Assembly (NCBI GenBank): GCA_965225995.1
Contig: CBDDCF010000028.1
Span: 144,983 to 208,982 of the forward strand
Reading direction: 5' to 3'
DNA from: Acidobacteriota bacterium
GTDB lineage: Bacteria; Acidobacteriota; UBA6911; RPQK01; CBDDCF01
Length of the DNA: 64,000 nt
The translations under genes and the position numbers were made by a program. Positions 26,818 to 35,344 of the stretch are shown here, one piece after another (within the stretch, counting starts at the first letter, position 1; every line of letters begins with the position of its first letter). A model generated the notes under the pieces. That model was not told the origin of the DNA, searched no databases, and saw only the letters and a list, made by a program, of their open reading frames with translations.

Positions 26818-28314
26818 ATGGTCAATGTACTGAAAATGGAGAAGAAACAAACGGTTGTGGCGCTATTGAAGCTGGGCTGGTCGTATCGGCGGATCGAGCG
26901 AGAAACAGGAGTTCGTCGAGAGACTGTAGCCCGACATGATCCGTCCCGAGATTCAAAACCGGCCAAAGTGGCCCCCGGCTCGGGTGAGCAAAAGCGGCCA
27001 AAGCGGCCCCCGGGTCGGCGCAGCTCGTGTGAGCCTTTTCGGGAGGAAATCCAGAAGAAGCTTGAGCTGGGGTTGCATGCCAAGCGGATCTGGCAAGACC
27101 TGGTTTTGGAGCATGGCTTCGATGGAGCGTATAACTCCGTCAAACGGTTTTGCAGAAAGCTCAAAGCCGAGAGTCCACGAGTCTTCGCTCGGGTGGAAAC
27201 TCCACCCGGTCGGGACATGCAGGTGGACTTTGGCAAAGCAGCTCTGACACAAACCGAATCGGGCCGGTACCGTCGCCCCCACCTGTTCAAGGCAGTGCTG
27301 TGTTATTCCCGCCACTCGTATGAGGAGGTCGTCTGGCGGCAGGATCTGGAGACCTTCGTCCGTTGTGTCGAGAATGCCTTCCACTGGTTTGGTGGCTCGG
27401 TAGACGTGGTTCGCTTGGATAACCTGAAGGCCGGAGTCACGCGAGCCTGCTTTGTCGATCCCGAGATCAACGCCGTTTTCAGTGCGCTGGGCCGTCACTA
27501 TAGTTTTGCCATCATTCCCATCCATCCTGGCTCTCCAAATGAGAATGGAAAAGTCGAAAGGACGATCGGATATACAAAGTCCAGTGCCCTGAAGGGCAGA
27601 CGGTTCGAGAGTCTGGCCGAGCAGAATGAGCATCTACGGAACTGGAACGAGCGGGTCGCCCGACAGCGCATCCACGGCACCACCAAACAGCAGGTCTGGC
27701 CCCGATTCCTGGAGGAACAGAAGGGTCTTCGACCTCTACCCGACTCCCGCTTCAGTTTCTTCCGTACCGGCCGTCGCACGGTCTCCGTGGATGGCCACAT
27801 CGAAGTCGATCGAGCCTTCTACTCGGTACCCAATCATCTGCTTGGCTGTGAAGTGGCTGTGCACTGGGATGACCGGATCGTCCGAGTCTTTTTCCGAGAG
27901 CAGCAAGTCGTCCTGCATCCCAAGCGGAAACCCGGCCAGTTCCAGACCGAACCCACACATCTTCCGGAACGCAAACGCTACGCTCATTATCGAACTGAGA
28001 GTCAGCTGCTCGGGCAAGCCCGCAGGATTGGCTCTGATGCTCACCGCTGGGCAGTGCGAGCCCTGGAGGTGCGCGACGTGTTGGCCTACCGGCTCCTGAG
28101 AGGCATGATCTCTTTGACCCGACGCTACCCGGCCACGGTCGTCAATGAAGCCTGTGCCAAGGCTCTCTCTCACGATGCCTTCCGCTATCGGACCCTGGTG
28201 GCTTTATGCAAGCGACTAGACGTGCCGCAACGCTCTCTATTCACCTCCGACCACGAGTTGATTCGGCCGCTGTCTGAGTACCAACTCACTCCCAGCTCAG
28301 GAGACCCGGAATGA
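26818..28314 (+). CDS. istA: IS21-family transposase IstA (copy 2)
   Basis: Identical to the copy 1 protein except for R->S near the C-terminus. Confidence 0.9.
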   Translation: MVNVLKMEKKQTVVALLKLGWSYRRIERETGVRRETVARHDPSRDSKPAKVAPGSGEQKRPKRPPGRRSSCEPFREEIQKKLELGLHAKRIWQDLVLEHGFDGAYNSVKRFCRKLKAESPRVFARVETPPGRDMQVDFGKAALTQTESGRYRRPHLFKAVLCYSRHSYEEVVWRQDLETFVRCVENAFHWFGGSVDVVRLDNLKAGVTRACFVDPEINAVFSALGRHYSFAIIPIHPGSPNENGKVERTIGYTKSSALKGRRFESLAEQNEHLRNWNERVARQRIHGTTKQQVWPRFLEEQKGLRPLPDSRFSFFRTGRRTVSVDGHIEVDRAFYSVPNHLLGCEVAVHWDDRIVRVFFREQQVVLHPKRKPGQFQTEPTHLPERKRYAHYRTESQLLGQARRIGSDAHRWAVRALEVRDVLAYRLLRGMISLTRRYPATVVNEACAKALSHDAFRYRTLVALCKRLDVPQRSLFTSDHELIRPLSEYQLTPSSGDPE

Positions 28315-29084
28315 TCTCATTGGAACTGGAACGGAAACTTCGCCACCTCAGGCTCTCGGGCCTGGCCCAGGTCTTTGACGTACGGCTGCAACAAGCCATC
28401 CAGGGCCGTCTCTCTCATCAGGAGTTCTTTGAGCTGCTCATCGACGACGAACTCACCCGCCAGCGCGACCGTTTGCTGGAGCGATGTCTCCGCCAGGCCC
28501 AGTTCCCGGAACGCAAACTCTTGGAGGACTTCAGGTTCTCTTTCAACACCTCGATCAATCGGCAGCAGATCTTTGATCTGGCCACTTGCCGATTCATCGA
28601 ACAGTGTCGCGGCTGGTTGGTCATCGGTCAGGCGGGAGTCGGCAAAACACATCTGATCATCACGGTGGCAATCAAGGCTGTGGAAGCGGGTCACCGGGTA
28701 CAGTACAAGTCGGCTTTCGATCTGCTCGAGGACATCGCTGAAGCCACTGCCACCGGGATGTGCCGACCCTACATTGCAGAGATGACCCGGATCCCGCTGC
28801 TGATCATCGAGGATCTGGGACTTCGGAGAGTGCCCGACTCGGCGGCTGAAGATCTGCTGGAGATCCTGCATCGCCGCTACCAGAAGACCTCGACCATTAT
28901 CAGTTCGAACCGACCACTCGAGGACTGGGGAGCGATGCTGGGAGGAGACACGGCGGCCACCTCTGCGCTGCTGGATCGTTTTCTACACGTTTCGGAGGTG
29001 ACCTTCATTCGAGGCAAGAGCTATCGCCTCTACGAACGTCAGCAACGGGAGAAGTCGACCAAGAAGCGAGGAGAAAAGAAATGA
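28311..29084 (+). CDS. istB: IS21-family helper ATPase IstB (copy 2)
   Basis: Walker A motif GQAGVGKTHL. Four substitutions relative to copy 1. Confidence 0.9.
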   Translation: MISLELERKLRHLRLSGLAQVFDVRLQQAIQGRLSHQEFFELLIDDELTRQRDRLLERCLRQAQFPERKLLEDFRFSFNTSINRQQIFDLATCRFIEQCRGWLVIGQAGVGKTHLIITVAIKAVEAGHRVQYKSAFDLLEDIAEATATGMCRPYIAEMTRIPLLIIEDLGLRRVPDSAAEDLLEILHRRYQKTSTIISSNRPLEDWGAMLGGDTAATSALLDRFLHVSEVTFIRGKSYRLYERQQREKSTKKRGEKK

Positions 29085-29513
29085 TCCGGAACCGGAAAGC
29101 CGTGGAAACTGCCGCGCTATGGAAACCGTGGAGAACGGTCACATCGAGAAGCCGGCCCATGCATCGGTTCTTCCACCGTTCCCACAGCGCTTGGAAAACG
29201 GCTCGCGGTGCTCGCTCGTTTCCCACAGTTACGCACCGCTTCTGCTACTGGACATACCAACAAGAAAGAAGATTCCGGATCGACCAGCTTCGCGGTCCAA
29301 GAACCGGCCGAACCGGTCAACGAACGCCCTGCTCACGGGCTCACAGCAAACCCGCCCCGACCAGCAGGCCGTACAGCCTCCTCACGGAGGCCTTCACAAG
29401 GATTGAAATGTGTTCAAGGCGAGGATATAACTACTAGATCACTGGCCGGTTTTGACCCGGCCCTGAGTGGCCGCTTTTGATGTGGCCCCCGACACCGGAT
29501 CCAAAAATATCCT

Positions 29514-31393
29514 CCTAGTCCCAAAGCAAGTACATCAGTGTTGATTCCAAGGGCCTGAAAAGGCCCGAAATGCCAGTCCTGACGGGTATTCTAGGGTTGC
29601 AAAAAACTCTGGAAAACACCGAAAAGAAAGGCATTTCAGGTGAACCCAAAAGATATCGAAATCCTGCGCAAACGGCAATCGGAAAGTGAAGATCGATTAG
29701 ATCGGAGTTGGATGCCGGAGAAGGGCCAAAGGGTGCTGCGCGGGGGCAACATCCAGTATGAGATTTCGGATCGAGTCCGAGCCGTGGATTGCGGGGGGCT
29801 GGGTGTGATCCAGCTGCTGGTCAAGCAGCTGGAACTGGCCGAAACCATCGACCAACGGGTGAAGGTGCTGGAGCGGCATCTGCCGTACCGGGAATCGGAT
29901 CATGTGCTCAATCTGATTTACAACGTCATGACGGGCGGTAGCTGCCTGCAGGACGTGGAGGCTCGACGCCGGGACCCGGTGTATCTGGACACGCTGGGGG
30001 CCCGCAAGGTGCCGGCGCCGTCCACGGAGGGGGACTTCCTGCGGCGCTTCGACAGGAATTCGATCGGGGATCTGATGGAAGCGGTCAATGAGGCGCGACG
30101 GAAAGTGTGGTCGAACCAAGACAAGGAGTTTCACCGTCAGGCCACGATTGATGTGGACGGGACGATCGCCCCGACGGATGGACAGTGTAAGAGCGGAATC
30201 GGAATGAGCTACACCGGCCACTGGAGCTATCATCCGCTGGTAGTGTCTGTGGCTGAGACCAACGAGGTGCTCTATTTGGTGAATCGGGCGGGCAACCGAC
30301 CCTCCCATGAAGGCGCGGCCGAGGTGCTGGATCGGGCCATCGAGTTGGTGCGCGGTGGTGGTTTCCAGAAGGTGTTGCTGCGGGGCGACACGGATTTTAC
30401 GCAGACGCGTCATCTGGACCGCTGGGATCAGGAGGGCGTAGAGTTTCTCTTTGGGGCGGATTCCAGCCAGGGGTTGGTTGGTCGGGCCGAAGGACTGGAG
30501 CCCAGCGCCTGGAGTCGGCTGGATCGGGCAAAGAAGAAGAAACTGCGAAGACGGCGGCGCAAGAATATCCGCCAGGCCCTGGTCAAAAAGAATGGCTATC
30601 GCAATCTGCAACTGGAGCGGGAAGATGTGGCCGAGCTGGCCTAGCGACCGGCGGCCTGCAAGCAGAACTATCGGCTGGTGGTGGTGCGAAAGCAAATTAC
30701 GGTCACCCAAGGACAGGGACGGCTCTTTGACGAGACCCGCTATCTGTTCTATCTGACCAACCTGCGAAAGGAGTCGGCCAGGGAAGTGGTTTTCTCAGCC
30801 AATCGTCGCTGCCATCAGGAGAATGTGGTGGAGCAGCTCAAGAACGGGGTTCAGGCGATGCGGATGCCCTCGGACAGCCTCGAGTCCAACTGGGCGTACC
30901 TGGTGATTGCTGCCCAGGCCTGGAACTTGAAAGCCTGGCTGGGCCTGGTGCAATCCGACAAGACGATGGGGCAGCGGATTCTGAAGATGGAGTATCGCCG
31001 GTTCCTGCGCTGGCTGGTTCAGATTCCTTGCCAGATCCTGCAGCGGGGGCGACGTCTTCTTTACCGGCTGCTGAACGTCAACGACTGGACCGAAACGCTG
31101 CTGAGCGGAGTGCCGTCGCCCAAGCGGGTCCGCTACGGCTAACCCGCCACAGGACAAAGCAAAGAAAATCCACGGAGGTTCAAGGGCTGAGGTCGAAGGC
31201 TGTTCGAAAACGGCCGAAAATTCCGATTCTTGCCTCTCGATCCCACTCCGAAGGCCCTCCAGCAGGAGATCACCGTCGGATGCGCCCGACTCGCGCAGCC
31301 TTCAGTCCGAAAGTCGACCACAGAGGGCTAAATGACCCTCAAAAAGAGTCAATCGAGCGGCCCAGAAGCTGATACGCTTATTTTGGGCCTAGT
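29514..31393 (+). mobile_element. IS1380-family element (approximate ends) immediately adjacent to IS21 copy 2
   Basis: Candidate imperfect IRs cctagtcccaaagcaagtacatcag (29514-29538) and ctgatacgcttattttgggcctagt (31369-31393). They enclose the IS1380-type transposase. Confidence 0.5.
29640..31142 (+). pseudogene. IS1380-family DDE transposase with an in-frame TAG at 30642-30644
   Basis: ORFs 29640..30644 and 30678..31142 are in the same frame. Translation continues ...ELA*RPAACKQNYRLVVVRKQITV...TRYLFYLTNL...NWAYLVIAAQAWNLKAW, typical of the IS1380/IS4 C-terminus. Confidence 0.75.
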
Positions 31394-31775
31394 CTGCCTC
31401 GAGGCGCCCCTTCATGTCAGTGTATGCAGCATCGACTAAATTGATTAGCGCCGTAGCGTCGACGTCGCTTTCGGGCCTGAGCTTCACATGGCGCAGGTAC
31501 TTGCCGGTGCCTTCCAGCAGCTGCGCCGGATCCGCAAGCTCGGCACCACGGAAAAACCCCACGTTGACGTAGGCAAATGCCGCGTCCACTACGCAAGCGG
31601 TCGGATGGCCGTCCTGCAATAGTTCTCGAACATCATCTCCACGCTCGCGGATGACGTCAAACAAATGCCCCGCGATAACCCCCAACTCACCCGAATGCTC
31701 CTTCATCCAGGCATCGATGGCTGGATCCCGCTTGAGCGAAGTGGAGAACCGAAAGAGTTGATTCATAGCTATCAT
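31389..31775 (-). CDS. Small conserved hypothetical protein (DUF1801-like)
   Basis: 128-aa ORF with weak similarity to DUF1801/YdhG-like proteins. Confidence 0.35.
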   Translation of the reverse strand: MIAMNQLFRFSTSLKRDPAIDAWMKEHSGELGVIAGHLFDVIRERGDDVRELLQDGHPTACVVDAAFAYVNVGFFRGAELADPAQLLEGTGKYLRHVKLRPESDVDATALINLVDAAYTDMKGRLEAD

Positions 31776-32001
31776 GCTCGGAAGCGGCCCACTACGCCGG
31801 GAATCCTGCGCCCGCCGTCGCCAGCGCCCTAACTATTGATTGCCCGGTTTCCAGATAATTCCGTCAGCGCTTTTGATCCAGATCATACGCTAACCAAAGC
31901 TACCACACTCGCTCGGATCGCCGGATTTGACCACATTCTCTGAGCCAGTTCGAGGCGATGGTAACTGTGGCCGCTCTTAGCAAACGTGTTAAAAAAGGGG
32001 C

Positions 32002-32406
32002 ATGAGTGCGCCGATTGAAATCATGATGCGTTGGGTGGAAGACGAAGCCTTCGAAATTCTGGAACCGAGTCACGGGGGAAAGCTGCTGGATGGAAACCGT
32101 CAAGCCGGCCTCTCCCCGATGGAAAGTCTGCTGGCTTCCCTGGGCGGTTGTATGGGAATCGATGTAGTCATGATTCTGAGGAAGATGCGCTGTGAATTAG
32201 AGTCCATGCAGATCCGGGTTTTGGGTCAGCGTAACGACCACCCCCCTCGATATTTCAATCAACTCGAGCTGGAGTTTGTGATTCGGGGTCAGTTGACAGA
32301 AAAACAGGCGAACCGCGCCATCGACCTGTCGTTCGAGAAATACTGCAGCGTCTTCCATAGCCTGCGCTCTGATATTCAGATCGGGCGCCGAGTGATTCTG
32401 GATTGA
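32002..32406 (+). CDS. OsmC/Ohr family peroxiredoxin-like protein
   Basis: SPMESLLASLGGCMGIDV matches the OsmC signature around the catalytic Cys. Confidence 0.75.
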   Translation: MSAPIEIMMRWVEDEAFEILEPSHGGKLLDGNRQAGLSPMESLLASLGGCMGIDVVMILRKMRCELESMQIRVLGQRNDHPPRYFNQLELEFVIRGQLTEKQANRAIDLSFEKYCSVFHSLRSDIQIGRRVILD

Positions 32407-32410
32407 TCCC

Positions 32411-32710
32411 ATGCTCTTATTGCGAGTGAGTTATCGGGTACGAGCCCATCACATGGCGCCATTCGAAAAGATCTTCGCTGAGCGCGTGCGGCCCCTGATC
32501 GATCTCCACCAACTCGATTTTCGGGGCATTTGGAGAACCCTGGTAGGGGATGTCGGGGAATACATGGAACTCTGGGAATTCCGGGACATGCAAGACTATG
32601 AGGCGCGCTGGTACTCTCTCTTGAACGACCCCCAGCTATTGGAGATCTTCGAAATCACCGGGCCGATGGTGGAAGGGGAGCGTTTTACTCTGCTCATACC
32701 AGTAGAGTAA
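32411..32710 (+). CDS. Small alpha+beta-barrel protein (NIPSNAP/Dabb-like)
   Basis: 99 aa with a 4-bp gap to the OsmC gene. Weak NIPSNAP-like pattern (...YMELWEFRDMQDYEARW...). Confidence 0.4.
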   Translation: MLLLRVSYRVRAHHMAPFEKIFAERVRPLIDLHQLDFRGIWRTLVGDVGEYMELWEFRDMQDYEARWYSLLNDPQLLEIFEITGPMVEGERFTLLIPVE

Positions 32711-32866
32711 CTCCCAAGTTATTCAAAGGCTGCGTCCAGCACTTCTTCGACAGATTCCACCAACACGAAACTCATCTGTTCAACGACAATTATTTTTGAT
32801 CACCGCGACTACGATTCTTGCCCGCTGAAGTGGGTGTTTGTTTGACTTGTTTTTCTTCCTTCTTCT

Positions 32867-32893
32867 GAGGGCTGAAAGCCCTCTTTTCTTCTC
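32867..32893 (+). terminator. Rho-independent terminator-like hairpin (gagggc-tgaaa-gccctc followed by ttttcttctc) inside the right end of IS21 #2
   Basis: Perfect 6-bp GC-rich stem with a 5-nt loop and a T-rich tail on the plus strand. An A-rich tract on the other side could allow bidirectional function. Confidence 0.45.
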
Positions 32894-33063
32894 CGGTTTT
32901 CTTGAGCGTGGGGATGGAGTGAGGGCTTGCCAGAACGGAGTTCCCACGCTTCGCGAGGCTCGGGATTGCCCTTCGAATGCTCCGCTGATTGAGCTGTATA
33001 CCCTCTGGGCTTGAGCCGTTTTCTGTGTGGCCAGCAGAAGGCCTTTCGAGCGGCACCTCAGAG

Positions 33064-33828
33064 TCACTTCGTCTCCTTTTGGGTTCTCTGCTTGGCGGCT
33101 TCCATCCGGTAGCTGGTCACGTTCAACTCCAGGATCACGCTATGGTGAACCAGGCGGTCGATTGCCGCGGCCGTGGTCAGGGGATCCTTGAAGATCCTCT
33201 CCCAGTCCGAGAAGACCAGGTTGCTGGTCAGCAGAATCGAGCGACGCTCGTAGCGATGGGAGAGCAACGTGAAGAGAATCTCCATCTCGTCGCGATTCTG
33301 CTGTACATACCCGATGTCGTCGATGATCAGGGCCTCGAACCGATCCAGCTTCTTGAGTTCCCTCTCCAGAGTTAGCTCGAGCTTGGCTCTCAGTAACCGC
33401 TGCACCAGCAGCGCACAGGTCGAGAACAGCACCCGCCGGTCTCGCAGGATCAACTCCTGCCCCAAAGCACAAACAAGATGCGTTTTCCCGCTTCCTGGAT
33501 TACCGAACACAAGTAGATTTTCGGCTCGGTCCAGGAAGTCTCCCTCCACCAATCCTGACAACTGCCGGTCCACACTCTGCGGGAGTCGTGAGCGATCCAA
33601 TGAAGTCAGGCTCTTGTCCCAGGGAAGTTTCGAGGTCCGTCGTAGTTTCTGGATCCGTCGTTCCCGTCGATCCGCGACTTCCAGCTCCGACAGAGCCAGC
33701 AGGTACTGCGGATAAGACCAGCTCTCTGTGGTCGCCAAAGCGGCCTGCGAGCCGTGATGCTCGCGGAAGGTCGGCAGGCGAAGTTCGACCAAACACTCTT
33801 TGAGTCTTTGCAGGTTGCCTCCGCTCAT
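33064..33828 (-). CDS. istB: IS21-family IstB-like ATPase (element #2)
   Basis: Walker A motif VFGNPGSGKTHLVCALG. A different sequence from copies 1 and 2. Confidence 0.85.
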   Translation of the reverse strand: MSGGNLQRLKECLVELRLPTFREHHGSQAALATTESWSYPQYLLALSELEVADRRERRIQKLRRTSKLPWDKSLTSLDRSRLPQSVDRQLSGLVEGDFLDRAENLLVFGNPGSGKTHLVCALGQELILRDRRVLFSTCALLVQRLLRAKLELTLERELKKLDRFEALIIDDIGYVQQNRDEMEILFTLLSHRYERRSILLTSNLVFSDWERIFKDPLTTAAAIDRLVHHSVILELNVTSYRMEAAKQRTQKETK

Positions 33829-33937
33829 GGCCTCACCTCCTGCTTGTGCGTGCCGAGCAATCGGTCATAGATCTGGATGTTGATTGGTGGAACCTGGACC
33901 TGCCACCTCGGCAGAACCGACTCTATCAGATCCTACT

Positions 33938-35312
33938 TCAGGTCCTGGAACCGGGTTCGGCGGCCGCTTTCAATCCGGTTCTTCAGAGCTTGTTCGACTT
34001 TCCTTTCCCCTTCTTGGGCCGCCAGCTCCAGGATCCCCAGATACTGTCGGTCCGCCGTCTGTGGACAATCCTCTCTCAGCTCGTCGGAGGCGACTCGGAA
34101 CAGGACTCCGGGAAAGCGATCTTCCCGCTAGCGATAGCGGGCAAAGGCTCCCGGCTTTCGCACCAGCGAGTGGATCACGTGCCGGTAATCGATCCGGTGC
34201 TTTCCTTCCCCCCGCAGTCGAGGCATCTCGGCTACTCGCTGCCCGCCATAACGAACTTCCACATGATCGGCATACAGTCGCGCCTCCACCTGTTCGCGGA
34301 TCAAGCGGCTGTCCACCGAGTAGGTGTTGTTGCGCACTCGGATCGTGGAACTGGTTGCGACCTTCACTCGGAATCGGATGAAGTCCTCCAGGCGACGATC
34401 CGGTAGCGGCCTCATCACTTCCAGTTCTTCTCGCAGGCGTCTTTGCCGGCCAGCATTGCGTCGCTCGATGATTCTCTGGACGAACTGCTCGTAGTCCTTG
34501 CGCTCTGAGAAATCGCGACTGCCTCTGAGCAGCAGTTCCTGTTGGATGGCTCGCTTGAGCCGGTGATGCGATTGCTCGACGTCTCCGTTCTCATGAGCCT
34601 TTCCGGCTTGGGTTCGGCGGCGCTTCATTCCGTAATGATCGAGCAATGTCTGGTAGCGTTCGGTGAAGGCGCCCTTCTTGAGATTGTTGACCACAGCCGA
34701 TAGACGGTCTGTTCGGTGCTCGGATGGTATCGCCCCCAGTTCCCAGATCGCGTTCTGTAGTCCCAGCGTCAAACTCTCGAAAGATTCACCGAAGCACAGG
34801 GTCGTCGTCTCCCAGTTCGAGTAGGTCAAGACGAAGTGATACAGCATATGAGGAAAGGGTTGCCCGGCAATCGTCACTCCCCAGCTGTTCATGAAAGTGA
34901 AGTCGGACTGGGCTTGATGTCCGGGCTCATGATTCTGGGGAAACATCACCTCTTTCAGCTCACCGTAGTGGGCTCTCCACTGCTTGCGCCTTCGTTGGAG
35001 CGTCCTCAGTTGTCCTTCCTCGAACTTCCCCTCGTAGATCCGATTCAGGTGGTCAAAAATAGTTGTCGCCTCCACGGTTGGAGACTGTTTCAGGATCCCT
35101 TCTATTTCGGGCCAAACGGATTCATAGGGATTCGGGCGGGTGCGCCAGGTCCGCTCTGACCGGCTTTCACTCGGCAGCTTGCCCGACTTCAAATACTTCC
35201 GTGCCGGGTTCCGCGACATGCCCGCTTTGGCCGCCGCCATCGTCAACGTCTTTTCCTTTTTCCGCAATTTCATCAGTCTCCTGATCTGCTGGTCTGTAAC
35301 CATGCTTGCCAT
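33938..35312 (-). pseudogene. istA: IS21-family IstA-like transposase (element #2) with an in-frame TAG at 34128-34130
   Basis: The listed ORF 34128..35312 ends ...GAFARYR*. The same frame continues REDRFPGVLFRVASDELREDCPQTADRQYLGILELAAQEGERKVEQALKNRIESGRPEPGSRT* to 33938. Confidence 0.7.
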
Positions 35313-35344
35313 GATCCAAATCAGCTCTGAAAAAGCGGGCAGTT

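Larger units (their letters stand above)
26723..29494 (+). mobile_element. IS21-family element, copy 2, intact (about 2772 bp) with roughly 50-bp imperfect terminal IRs
   Basis: Left end tgtcaggggccacccaaaagcggccagtgagggccacttcaaaaccggcc. Right end ggccggttttgacccggccctgagtggccgcttttgatgtggcccccgaca is its imperfect reverse complement. A possible 4-bp TSD ccgg is present (the boundary is ambiguous by 1 bp). Confidence 0.9.

Noticed and set aside
29553-31222. Direct repeats gaaaaggcccgaaat / gaaaacggccgaaaat as IS1380 ends
   Set aside because: They are in direct rather than inverted orientation. A better inverted pair was found at 29514-29538 and 31369-31393.
32780-33067. 95-aa basic ORF on the minus strand
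   Set aside because: It lies in the non-coding right end of IS21 #2 and has low-complexity K/R-rich composition.
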